In this document: positions 51,789-63,725 of the stretch, one piece after another
How positions within the stretch are numbered: position 1 is the stretch's first letter
Layout of the letters: the number at the start of each line of letters is the position of its first letter
Assembly: GCF_006345805.1 (NCBI RefSeq)
Contig: NC_043003.1
Span: forward strand, 97,836,001-97,900,000
Origin: Octopus sinensis
Lineage: Eukaryota
Direction: 5' to 3'
DNA: 64,000 nt
Translations under genes and position numbers: made by a program
Notes under the pieces: model-generated
Database searches by the model: none
The model's input: only the letters and a program-made list of their open reading frames with translations
Told to the model about the DNA's origin: nothing

Positions 51789-52444
51789 AGCAGTACACAA
51801 CTCCGAATATGAGCACAATAAAGAACTATGAGTGACATATATAACGTATTTAAAGTACCATCAATAGCAGAAGAAAACCCAACCCGGTTCAATGTTTCTT
51901 AAGTTTTTCAGAGACACACTTTCCTTGAAGTAAAAACACAAAAATTAACCTTTTCTCTGGTTAATCAAAATCTTCGAAAAGGACAAATAAAAGAAAAAGA
52001 AAAAGAAAAAAAAAACGCGAGTGTGTCGGGGGTAAGATGGGGCCTTTGAATCAGTTATATGACGTCAATTAAATAACCTTGTAACTTTGAACCTGTTTTG
52101 TCTTTTTTCTTTATTGTTTGTCTTCTGAAAGTTGATTTACTCAGCAAAAATTTAGTTCAAATCAACATTTTCTTCATCAATCAATCAACCGCCCCTCGCT
52201 ATCACATATCTTGCTGTCTGATCAATGGTGGATGTAGGAAAAAGGGAGTCAGAGCAGAGTGCACTTCATAGTTTGTAAAAGCACTGACTTAAACTGGCAA
52301 ATGACCGTAACCCCTTGAAATTATGTTAGATAATACAAATAAATAAATAAATAAAATTAAAAAAATAAAAACCCGACATATCTTTACAGACGAAGAAGAT
52401 TTTTAAGGAATTTCTTTTTCAGTCTCATGTTATCATCTATTATT

Positions 52445-52655
52445 GCTGCAAACTGGCAGAATCGCTAGCACGCTGGAGAAAATGCTTGGCGGTATTTCGT
52501 CCGTCTTTACGTTCTGAGATGAAATTCCGCCGAGGTCGACTTTGCCTTTCATCCTTTTGGGGTCGATAAATTAAGTACCAGTTGAGTATTGGGGTTTATG
52601 TAATGGACTTACTCCCACCCTTGAAATTTCTGGCCTTGTGTCAAAATTTGAAACC
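52445..52655 (+). mobile_element. SINE family A (tail 2)
   Basis: Head, B-box-like segment, body; followed by (ATT)n. Confidence 0.85.
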
Positions 52656-52784
52656 ATTATTATTATTATTATTATTTTATTATATTATTATTATTATTAT
52701 TATTATTACTATTATTATCATCATCATTATTATTATTACTATTATTATTATTATTATTATTACTATTATTATTATTATTATTAC

Positions 52785-55700
52785 TTTTTTTTTCTTCTTT
52801 CAAATTTTCTTCCATTTCTTGCCGAGTGTCTTCCCGACTCCTAGGGCAAAGAAACTCATAGTGTATATCGGTAGGCCATTAAAGCAAACTCAGTAGTTCG
52901 TTCATTTTTTTTTTTTTTTTTTTTAAAGTTAAATTAAAATACATGAGCAGCAACAGTTCTCACATCGACAATGCTCTTCTCAATACGTGTGATGTACCAG
53001 TTAAGACAATCTTTTGCACTTCTTGCAGGGATGGTAAGCCAGGGATCATTCTCATATAATTTTCGGTTCCCTTCTTGATCATTCCTAGTGCTCCTACGAT
53101 CACTGGTATTGTAACCGCCTTGAGATGCACATTTTCTCAATTTCAATGAGTAGGTCTTTATATTTTCTGAGCTTGTCAAACTCTTTCGCTGAGATATTAT
53201 GATCACAGGGGATGCTCATGTCGATCAATAAGCAAACTTTATTGTTTTGGTCTTTCACAACAATATCTGGTTTATTGGCCTTGATGGTTCGGTCTGTATG
53301 TACTGGAAAGTCCCACAGAATGGTTACTTTTCTCCTTCAGTTACAGCCTCAGTGGTGGTGATTATACCACTTGTCGGCAGTTTTGATATTGTAATGCCGA
53401 CTTATTAGCCAGTGGAGATATTGGCCAACTCTGTCATGTCTTAATTTATACTCCACTGGTGCTAAGACTTTACATCCAGAGATTAGGTGGTCCACTGTTT
53501 CAATCATGTCGTTGCAGAATCGGCATTTTGGGTCTGCTCCATTTTTCATCACATTGACCTGGTAGTTCCGGGTTAATAGGCTTTGGTCTTGAGCAGCCAG
53601 GATGAAACCTTCGCTCTCTGCTTTTAGCCCTGAGCTCCGCAGCCACTGATGGGTTTGCTTCTGGTCAACATCAGCTTGTTTGCTGCGGGTCACATATTTG
53701 CCGTGCAGAGGTTTCTCCTCCCACCTATCAGCCAATTGCTCGTGCGCTTTTTTCATTGCCATCATTTTCACTTCTTTGCAACAATAGTTGCCGTACTTCC
53801 CTCGGGTTGTTCAGTTTGGGTATCCTGCACGAGATCAATAGCAAATTTTTGCTTTCCTTGATGATAGAATGAAGCTTCTTTCGTCTCTCGTGATTTTCCA
53901 CGAGCTTTAGCATCCAGTCATTCGATATTTCGATATATTTGGCCAGTCCAATTGTGGTTGTTTTGTAAGCTAGTTCAAATTGGATCAGGCCTCGACCTCC
54001 TTGGGCTCTGGGAAGGTAAAGGCGATCTACGTCTGCCTTTGGGTGGTGCATCCTATTACAACTCAGCAGCTTGCGTATTTTTCTATCTATATTCTTTACT
54101 TCACTCATATTCCAGTTCAACACATTGTAGCTATAAGTAACAACTGGAACTGCCAAGGAATTTATAGCTAACACCTTGTTACGTGCATTTAGTTCAGATT
54201 TCAGGACTGCACGAACTCTCCTATAACATCCTTCCTGATTTTCTCTTTCATGCTTGCACGCTGAATACCAGAGCCTTCATTTATCCCTAAATATTTGTAT
54301 GTCTGTTCTTGCTCATGCTCTCTTATGACTGTGTCAACATCTAACACGACTGAATTTGTGGTCTTCACTTTCCTTTCTGGAAAGTGGCTTGGCACACTTC
54401 TCAAGTCCAAACTCCATCCCGATGTCATCGCTGAATGCTTTCACGGTGCGCAATAGGCCTTCAAGTTCATTATGTCTTTACCATAAAGTTTTAAGTCATC
54501 CATATAAAATAGATGGCTTATATTTTTATTGGCAATTTTATACCCATACCCTGTTCTGTTTAATTCACTTGTAAGGGGTATTAGGGCTATGCAGAATATT
54601 AAAGGTGAAAGTGAGTCACCTTGAAAAATTCCACAGTTGATGTTTATATTTTCTGAGGCAAGTACTCCATTAGAGTGGTATAATTGGAGATTCGTATTCC
54701 ACAACGACATATTGTGCTTCAGGAAGTTTGAAATCACAGGGGAAATTTTAAAGATGTCCAGCGATCTCAAGATCCATGGATGCGGTATACTGTCGAAGGC
54801 CTTTTTATAGTCAATCCATGCGGTGCTGAGATTCTGCGCTTGTGACAGTTCTCAAGGATCATACGATTGATTAGCAGTTGATCTTTGCATCGTAAGAGCC
54901 TCAGCGGCACCCTTTTTGTTCAATGGGGAAAATATCGTTCTTCTCCATGAATGCATATGTTTTCTCCGCCAGGATAGATGTTAGGATTTTATACGTGGTG
55001 GATAGAAGGTTATAGGCCGATAGTTTTTTGGAAGGTTGGTTTCGTTATTCTTTGGGAGTAGGTAAGTAATGCCACTTGCTAACCATTCAGGTGTTTTCTT
55101 TGGGTCTCTCAAAATTCCATTGAGCAGCTGAACTAGCTTGCCGTGTGCGCACGGGAGCGATGCGAGCCAGAAATTCGGCACCCTATCTTTACCGGGGGAT
55201 TTCCAATTATGGGCCTTCGTGAGTGCCTTTCTTAGGTCTGCTATGTGATGTCTTCTTCCCATGCTTGTTGTTGTAAATTTTGGTAGGATCCTTCAGTTTG
55301 TATAATCCAGTCTGCATTTATGTTGTACGTCTTCTTGTCACTCCAAATCCTTTCCCAAAAGTTTGAACTTCTTCCATGGGAGGGGGGGTCTTTAACGGTT
55401 ACTTTCTCCTTCCCTATTTCTCTGTAGAATTTTTTGGCATTGGATGTGAACAGCTTATTTTGCTTGTAAACCTTGTTTCTCTTCTCAAATCTTCGTATTC
55501 TTTGGGCTTTTGCTTGGACTTTTTGTTTCAGCGTTTCTTTTATTGATATCAGTTCTTCTCTTGGTGAGGATCCAAATTTTCTCTTCATCTTTCTTCCTGT
55601 TCTGGATCTTACATCATTTCCACATATTAGTTCATTTAATATTGATATTTCCCCTCTCATAAATTCAATCTCTTTTCAATTTTACTTCTCCAGGTTTGAT

Positions 55701-55972
55701 TTCTTCCCAGGTTTTGTTTTCTTTTTTTTTCGGGGGCATACAGCTGGTTTCAATTGCCCTAGCAGAAGCGTAAATAATTTCATTTAACTCAGTAAAATCA
55801 GGTTTTAATTCTCGTATTATTTCATTTGTTACATAGTTGCCAATTTGGATTTGTTTTTTATTTTGGTTTGTATTTGAGAGTTTATGAAGCGGTTCTCTAT
55901 CATTCATACTTGTATGTCTTACAACTTCAAGCGTATTCAGGATTTTCTGCCTCATTTCTGCCATAGACTCTC

Positions 55973-55973
<1 letters not shown>
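52785..55973 (-). mobile_element. R4/Dong-clade non-LTR retrotransposon, 3.2 kb, frameshifted
   Basis: Pre-RT (LKQK..AKAQRIRR...QNKLF), RT (NWKSPG.D...FW, NYRPIT, GIFQGDSLSPL, HLFYMDDLKLY, YKYLG), HHPKADVDRLYLPR.QGGRG, CRFC...ETVDHL.SGC, RHD, RLE remnant; (ATT)n on both sides. Confidence 0.92.
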
Positions 55974-56034
<61 letters not shown>

Positions 56035-56035
<1 letters not shown>

Positions 56036-56250
56036 GTCGGCGAGATGGCAGAATGGTTAACCCTGCGGGCAAAACGCTTAGCTGCTTCTCGTTCGTCTTT
56101 ACGTTCTGCGTTCAAATTCCGCCGAGGTCGACTTTGCCCTTTTTCCTTTCGGTGTCGATAAAAAGTACGGGTTGAACACTGAGATCGATGTAATCGACTT
56201 ATTCCTTGTAAACCGACTTACCCCTTGCTGGCCTCGTGCCAAAATGTGAA
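56035..56250 (+). mobile_element. SINE family A (tail 2)
   Basis: Starts directly after (ATT)n. Confidence 0.8.
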
Positions 56251-57504
56251 ACTATTATTATTTGCAATGTATTGTTGTAACGTCTTCCATCCACCACTCT
56301 TGTGACAATGACAGAAATCGTTGTTGTTGTTATTTGCAGTTGGTGGTGTCGTTGCTTTTGTTGTTGTTTGTGGTGATGGAGATGGTGAGAATTGTAACAT
56401 CTATGTTTTGCTAATGTTGTTTCTCTTGTTGCTTTGAAAGAGAGAAGCAATGGCATAATAGTTTGTGACTGTTTCACGCACGATTATATGAAAAATGATG
56501 TATGTATGTATATAGCTATTATATATGTAAGTATTAATGTATATATGTAGGTATATAGCAAACGTTTATCTAAAAAAATCGTGTTATATCAAACTTCACG
56601 CGCAGTTCACTGTTTTAAATCAAAACAATTGAATGACCGTAAGTTAATTAACGTTAATTTAGTTAATAAAAAGACCGCTAGTTAATGTTTAGTTGCTATA
56701 ATATAGAACTTAGCAGACAAGTCTATTCTATTACACTAGTAATTATATTTATACATACACATGGGGATGCAAGTATTCACATATATGTACATCTAGGTTG
56801 GTCAGCCAAGTTTTAGCTGTATCTATGGCTGTAAAAGACAATTTTAAATGGGGTCAGAGGAGAAAGTAACGTGGAAAATTTGAGCGAAAAGGAAAATGAG
56901 GCAGTAGAAGGAAGCTGCAAAACTGAAACTGCATATGTTGTAGAAAGGATTGAATATCAGGCAATAGGGTAATCTGTGAATTAACGTTGGAACTCAGAGG
57001 ATTCTAAAGTGACGATGGGTTAGTTTATTACAAACAGATAAGCCCTTCGGGATAGAAGTGAGGAATAACAATACGGAAAACTTCCGTAAAGCCTCCTAAA
57101 CTACGGTATTAGATTCGAGAAAGCAACTCTTGTAGATGTATATTGTTTAAAAATACCGAGCTATATTAGCAGCAGACGAAATTCGTCTAGCAGCAATAGT
57201 CTCATTGTTGAATACACATTTCAGCTTTTTTGAGCTTCATCAGTATCAAGAATCCATTGATACCTCATGCTATATTATTCTAAATGCCAATATATCTTTT
57301 AAATTTCAGGCGGTAATGCGTGATTTTAAGATCTGGGTGTGATGTATTGCAGGTCAAAAGGCAATATTGAGAATTCTTCGTTGCGCGACTGTTTTACAAG
57401 CTCTGACTGAGCAGAGAACAATGATCAAATGCCTTCTTGCAGTGGACACTCAGTCTTTATGTAAATGCTCATTCGCTACGTTGGACCACTGAACTCTACA
57501 TGTT

Positions 57505-57668
57505 TTTCTCATTTTCTTTCGCTTTATTTCCTCTTATTCCTTTCTGTCGAAGAGCGTAGGCTCGAAACGTAAAATAGTTTTTCATGTTTTCCGAGCGTCA
57601 AACTAATACTTGCTTGTTGTTCATATACCTGTCTTCGTCTTTTGTTTTTCTATAAATTTGAACTATAT
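57505..57668 (+). mobile_element. Short Penelope-like remnant with a minimal hammerhead-like motif
   Basis: 57541-57574: TTT-CTGTCGA-A-GAGC-GTAG-GCTC-GAAACGT-A-AAA; ends in (TA)n; relative at 61815-61975. Confidence 0.55.
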
Positions 57669-57739
57669 ATATATGTATGTATATATGTATGCACACACAC
57701 ACACCACACACACACACACCACACACACACACACAACAC

Positions 57740-57773
<34 letters not shown>

Positions 57774-58335
57774 CACACACACACTCATACACACACACAC
57801 ACACCACACACACACACACATATACACACACATTTGAATTACGAGATCGAAGCAGTTCTATGGTAAAAACTTTATCAATGTATGCATGTTGTTCAAAAGC
57901 CAGAGTCAGCAGTTTTCATTTGGGAAAAATCACTTTATCGACGTACTATGTTAAAAATACAATATATTTCAGAGCTGGGCGAAACGAAATCGCTCCAGAA
58001 GTGATGATGAGAGAAACAAAAACGTTTTTCACTGTTGTTGCGGCTTCGAAAATGACAGGAATACGTGATATTGAGAAGCTGCAACAACGGTGAAATACGT
58101 TTAATTCGCTATAGCAGTTACTTTTGGTGCGATTTCGTTCACTTGGGTCTGTGTTATTCGTATATTGTTTTTTAACACAAAACATTAATAAATGGATTTC
58201 CAAGGAAGATAACAGGAGACCCCAGCACTTCAAAAACACATACAATAAGTATGTTGTATTGATAAAGTATATACATACGTACATACATTTATGAATATAT
58301 GATACATACATACATATATATATGTATGTATAATA

Positions 58336-58404
<69 letters not shown>

Positions 58405-58464
58405 GATTATTTATACACATCTGGCCATTTTATTTATATTACATTATTCTTATTATACTTATTA

Positions 58465-58700
58465 TTTCCCTTTATCACAGGTTTTGTTGGAGCTCCTTGA
58501 ATCTTACATGCGTAGCGGGCTTACTACCTGCAACCTACGGTACCATACTATTCGTTCTTTTCAGCAGTCTAATGCTTTCCTGATTATTCTATCCGTGCCA
58601 AGGAGGCAAACTTTTTGTAACAGTTCTACTGGGCACTCTATTCTAATTTCCTTTATATTGCTCTTGATGCCTTCTGATATTGTTCCCAAGGAACCAACTA
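58465..58700 (-). mobile_element. R4/Dong 3' fragment
   Basis: IVGSLGT...ELLQKVCLLGT.RIIRKALDC*; 3' UTR related to 49865-49958; (AAT)n-type flanks. Confidence 0.82.
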
Positions 58701-58717
58701 TATTATTATTATTAATA

Positions 58718-58751
<34 letters not shown>

Positions 58752-58756
58752 CATCA

Positions 58757-58824
<68 letters not shown>

Positions 58825-59174
58825 GTTATTATTATTCATTTTACCGCTCATGTACAAGTACGCATGTTTTCATCATTATTTTATTTTATTAAATTTTAGA
58901 AAAATTCAAGCATGTCTTTGATAATTCTGGAGCGAATTGAGCTTATTTTGTGCGAGACTATTGGCCTGCCTGTATATAAGACATATAATGCAAAAACACC
59001 CAGAAAACTGCGATAGTAAATAAAACAGAAATAAAATTTTAAAATTTATTTTATTTGCAGCCCGGTATCAAATGATCCGCAGCGCGGTATTGGTTCGCAA
59101 CCTGGTGTTTAGGGACCCATTCCATAAAGCATCGAGTCCAAGGTTTTAACACTGTTTGCTAATCCCTCGCCCTT

Positions 59175-59325
59175 AACTAGGTCTCATTTGATCGACCCTA
59201 TAGAATGAAAGGAAAGTTGACCTTGGAGGGATTTGAATTCGGGAGAAGAAAGAACTGGAATAAATACCGCAGAGCAGTATTTCGGCATTTAATGCCGCAA
59301 CGAGTCTGCCAATTTGTTGCTTTGT
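59175..59325 (-). mobile_element. SINE family A, degraded
   Basis: GATCGACCC...GAATGAAAGG.AAAGTTGACCT...GGATTTGAATTC segment. Confidence 0.6.
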
Positions 59326-60140
59326 AAAACCGCACAACAGCACCGATAAATAAATTAAAAAAACATAAACCCAAACTCTAAAACAATATATTGAAATGAA
59401 AGTAAATGTAATAAAAGAACCCCCTGCATTTAATATGTCCTTAATAACGACAGCAAGAACAACAACAACCGATGACGACTACGACAACAATAACAACAAA
59501 CACAGACATTATCCCCTCCACCAACGCCAATAAACAACAGACAGGAATTACCGACCACCTCTCTACGATATCCCACCCCAAGAATGCAGCAGAAAAAAAA
59601 TGCAAGCAAACAAGACATGAAATAAAAAAAAAAAACGAATAAAAGCAAAGCAACGAAAACCCTCATTTTATAACATAGCTTTTCATTTACGGTGCATTGA
59701 TGCATAATTGTCGTCGTGTTACGCTATCATTAGATTTAAGATGGCAGATGAAAGACGATAGCTGAGAGGGAAAGACAAGCGACGGTTAATATGTACGTCA
59801 AACTAGTCTGATCCAGATATTTTAGGCTAGGCGATAAATAAATAGATACATAGCGAAAATATTATCAAATATAAATAAGATATAAATATTTGGGGCTATA
59901 TTTAATTATTTTATTCGTTTTTACATATGTTTCTTCGCTTAATTTGATCTTATTTCAATATGTATATAGCTTTACTATAACTTTCATGTTTAAAATGTTT
60001 ACAAAGAAAACGTTTCATGTTGGCTGTGTTTTATAATCATTAATTTTTTTCTTCATCAACCGTTTAATATTTTCTGTTAATTTCAGATTGTATTTTTCTT
60101 TTTCCATTTCTTATCGAACTTTTACACTTCATATATCATA

Positions 60141-60553
60141 TACTCTTTTACTCTTTTACTTGTTTCAGGCATTTGACTGCGGCCATGCTGGAGCACCGCC
60201 TTTAATCGAGCAAATCGACCCCGGGACTTATTCTTTTGTAAGCCCAGTACTTATTCTATCGGTATCTTTTGCCGAACCGCTAAGTAACGGGGACATAAAC
60301 TCACCAGCATCGGTTGTCAAGCAATGCTAGGGGAAGAAACACAGACACACAAACATACACGCACACACACATATATATATACATATATACGACGGGCTTC
60401 TTTCAGTTTCCGTCTACCAAATCCACTCACAAGGCCTTGGTCGGCCCGAGGCTATAGTAGAAGACACTTGCCCAAGGTGCCACGCAGTGGGACTGAACCC
60501 GGAACCATGTGGTTGCTAAGCAAGCTACTTACCACACAGCAACTTCTGCGCCT
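60141..60553 (-). mobile_element. SINE family B, full length, young
   Basis: Near-identical to the reverse complement of 32027-32445. Confidence 0.9.
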
Positions 60554-60629
60554 GTTCAAATATGTTCAAATATTTGTCATAGTATATTTTCAAACTCTCT
60601 ATTTTAGTTCATGTACGAATCAATATACA

Positions 60630-61513
60630 TACAGGGTGCGAAGGGTAAATTATCGCCATCTTATATTTTTAATTTCGTACATGCGCATTGCTTGCTTTTG
60701 ATTTTGCCGACTAGACAGCATAGTAGGGTTAGATGTGCATCGCCTGTGAAAAGAACAGCATCATGACGCAATTCACTCTGCCAGAATTTCGAAACAATAT
60801 GCTATACTGCCCAGCATTCGTGCCGGAATCTCCAATACGAACGTTTCTGAGTATTTGGGTGTTAATCTGAGGACATGTACCAAGAGTGATAAAAATCAAA
60901 CATCCTGTCAGCATCATAGTGTTTCGAGTGATCACTAGTGATGGCGACGTTATACCACCATTCCTCTTCCCACACAGCCTCAGACTCAACACAGAGGCCT
61001 ACATCAAGTGCCTGGAGGAGGTAGTGCTGCCCTGGGTCAAGAGGGCAGCTGCTAGAAGACCCTGTGTCTGGCAACAGGACTCTGCAACATGCCACACAAG
61101 CAGGAGAACTCAGTCATGGCTGTCAGACATTTCTTCGACCATATCACCACAAACATCTGGCCATCTAAGTCTCCAAACTGCAACCCCTGCAACCTCCTTG
61201 ACTGTTATGTGTGGGGTGCAGTTGAGCGAGAGATCAACAAAACTCCTTGTAACACCAGAGATGAAATGAAGGCAAGAATTATGGTAGCATTCACTAACTT
61301 AAACAAGGAGACCGTCCAGAAGAGCTGCAGGAGATTACGAAATTGTCTGGAGGCCGTGGCTGAAGCCAATGACGATTTTATTGAATAAATTTACTGTTCA
61401 GTATTTCAAGATATTTTTATGTAATTTTGGTAGTTATATTTGTTAAAATGAGATATTAATGTTATTTTCATTTTTGCGTAATTTAGACGACAATTTATTC
61501 ACCGCACCCTGTA
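60630..61513 (+). mobile_element. Internally deleted Tc1/mariner-superfamily transposon (maT/DD37D-like)
   Basis: TIRs TA|CAGGGTGCG..GGTAAATTATCGCC and GACGACAATTTATTCACCGCACCCTG|TA; transposase pieces KHP.SI.VF..I.SDG, WQQDSA.CH, WPS.SP.CNP..D.YVWG. Catalytic spacing not countable because of a frameshift. Confidence 0.85.
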
Positions 61514-61530
61514 TATATTATATATATATA

Positions 61531-61592
<62 letters not shown>

Positions 61593-61597
<5 letters not shown>

Positions 61598-61764
61598 CCT
61601 GCTCGCTTAGCCAGCTGGATGGCGTCCTTTTAAGGCTAAAACATGCAAAGCGCATTGTGACGAACGATGTGTAGCAACATCTGATAGTCTGGTCGGTCAC
61701 GAGGATCACGGTGATATATATATATCAAATGACGCCATCCCGCTGGCTAAGCGAGCAGGCCAAT
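61593..61764. repeat. SINE-derived segment bounded by a ~34-bp inverted repeat
   Basis: ATTGGCCTGCTCGCTTAGCCAGCTGGATGGCGTC vs GACGCCATCCCGCTGGCTAAGCGAGCAGGCCAAT (one mismatch), (TA)n outside. Confidence 0.8.
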
Positions 61765-61814
61765 ATATATATATATATATATAATATATATATTATATAT
61801 ATATATACTAAAGC

Positions 61815-61972
61815 TTTTTCTTTTTGTTCTCTCTGTTTATTTTCTCGTGTTCCTTTTGTTGAAGAACATAGGCTCGAAACGTAAAAAGACTTTCTCACCT
61901 TTCCGAATGTTAAACTAATACACCTGTTTGTTGTTTACACACCTGTCTTCGTCTTTTGATTTTTGTAAATTC

Positions 61973-61975
<3 letters not shown>
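61815..61975 (+). mobile_element. Decayed copy of the 57505-57668 Penelope-like remnant
   Basis: TTGTTGAAGAACATAGGCTCGAAACGTAAAA ... ACCTGTCTTCGTCTTTTG ... AACTATATAT. Confidence 0.5.
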
Positions 61976-62009
<34 letters not shown>

Positions 62010-62010
62010 T

Positions 62011-62053
<43 letters not shown>

Positions 62054-62054
62054 C

Positions 62055-62092
<38 letters not shown>

Positions 62093-62145
62093 GATGTATG
62101 TATGCATGCATGTGTATATGTATGTATGTGTGTATACTTAACTTA

Positions 62146-62405
62146 TGAAAGGGTTACATTTGACCAGAGAAAGGATTACATTTAACTAGTGCAAGTGTTA
62201 TTTTGGACCAGAAAAGATGCCCTTTCGACCATTGAAGTGCTTGTAACTGACGAGTGAAGATGTTACATTAAGCCACCAAAAGTTTTTCTTCGCATCAGTG
62301 AAATTATTATTTTACACCAATGATATAACGGTGTTACTTTTCACTATCAAGGAGATTACACTTGATCAGTGAAGGCGTTTCTTTTGGACGAATGAAGAGA
62401 CATTT
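62146..62405. repeat. Degenerate 22-bp minisatellite, about 11-12 units
   Basis: Units such as TGAAAGGGTTACATTTGACCAG, AGAAAGGATTACATTTAACTAG, TGCAAGTGTTATTTTGGACCAG, CAAGGAGATTACACTTGATCAG. Confidence 0.7.
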
Positions 62406-62651
62406 TCGTAATGGCTTCGTTGCTAATAAAAGATATCAGGTTCAATATGACTTAGAATAAGTCTTGGAAGTTACGGTGTTGCCAGTGTGAAGCATCTAAC
62501 TAGTTACCAAACCCTCGCGAATGTCACGAGAATAACATAACGTTTAACTTGCAAGTGGAAGGTTATCCATTTCAGGGGATTTAAAAAACATGAAATGAAG
62601 ATATGAGTCATAAAATCGGGAAGATGATAATCGAGACATTGAAATTGTACA

Positions 62652-63053
62652 TCTTTATATATAAAAGTGAAGTTGTGTGAGTGTCTGTCTCCTACGATTT
62701 AGATTCCTAACTACTCCCACATTTTGCGGTGCAGTTTAACCAAAACCGGGTATCTTATAGTCGTTATTCATATCGATCCCTTCTGGGTATTAGCGCGCGT
62801 CTACGATGAGTCTACGATTAAAAAAAAAATTTACCATCATTTTTTTCCATTTCAATGCATTTTTTCGCTATTATATAAGGGAAGTAACTCTCTAAAAATG
62901 TCTACGATGAGTCAACGATTTAAAAAAAAAATTACCATAATTTTTTTTTCCATTTTTAATGCTTTTTTTGCTATTTTTTGGCTATAACTCTCTAAAAATG
63001 CTTATATAGTTATTTCCCTTACAAACCCGAGCAACGCCGGGCGATACTGCTAG
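62652..63053 (+). mobile_element. Complete non-autonomous Helitron
   Basis: A|TC 5' end, subterminal hairpin CCCGAGCAACGCCGGG (63026-63041), CTAG|T 3' end, no TSD, internal ~101-bp tandem duplication. Confidence 0.85.
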
Positions 63054-63121
63054 TTTTCAATAAAGAAATCAGGTGTTGCTCATCAACATGGCTCCCAGCG
63101 TAATTGCAAGAAATGTTGGTT

Positions 63122-63356
63122 TCAAATTTTGATACAAGGCCAGCAATGTCCGTGGGTGGTTGGTTGGTTGGTTGGGGCGGAGGGGTGTAAATCGACTAAA
63201 TAGGCCCCAGTGTTCAACTGGTACTTCTTATATCGACTTCGAAAATGATGGAAGACAAGTCGACCTTGGCGGCTTTTGAATTTAGAACGTAAAGTCGGAA
63301 GAAATGTCGCGCAAGCATTTTGCCTGGTGCGGTAACGATTCTGCCATTTTGCCGCC
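63122..63356 (-). mobile_element. SINE family A (tail 2), diverged
   Basis: Reverse match to head, body and tail 2. Confidence 0.75.
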
Positions 63357-63552
63357 TTAAATGCAAGAAATATCAATAAATAAATTTACAGCTACAACAT
63401 AGAAAGAAAAATTAATCTGTTTGAAAACTTGATGAATTGAAGAGGTTAGAAATAAATAGGAATCTACTGACAATATTTCGAAGCTACGATCCCCAAGTCA
63501 ATATAGATAGACTATAACTACTCTATACTCAAAATAGACGATGTTTAATACA

Positions 63553-63553
63553 T

Positions 63554-63610
<57 letters not shown>

Positions 63611-63725
63611 TCGGGTAACCTGCCCACACGGCACCAACACTTCCACGCCCAATGTCTCGGTCGAGCGATGTAGCAATCTGAAATATTTCATCTGTGCTCA
63701 CCGCGACTACAGATGGCAGCACTAG
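63553..63725 (-). mobile_element. Probable RTE-like LINE 3' tip with a (GAT)n tail
   Basis: Minus strand ...IATSLDRDIGRGSVGAVWAG...TG then (GAT)n, resembling the A.DR..WR..V.A end of RTE ORFs. Confidence 0.5.
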
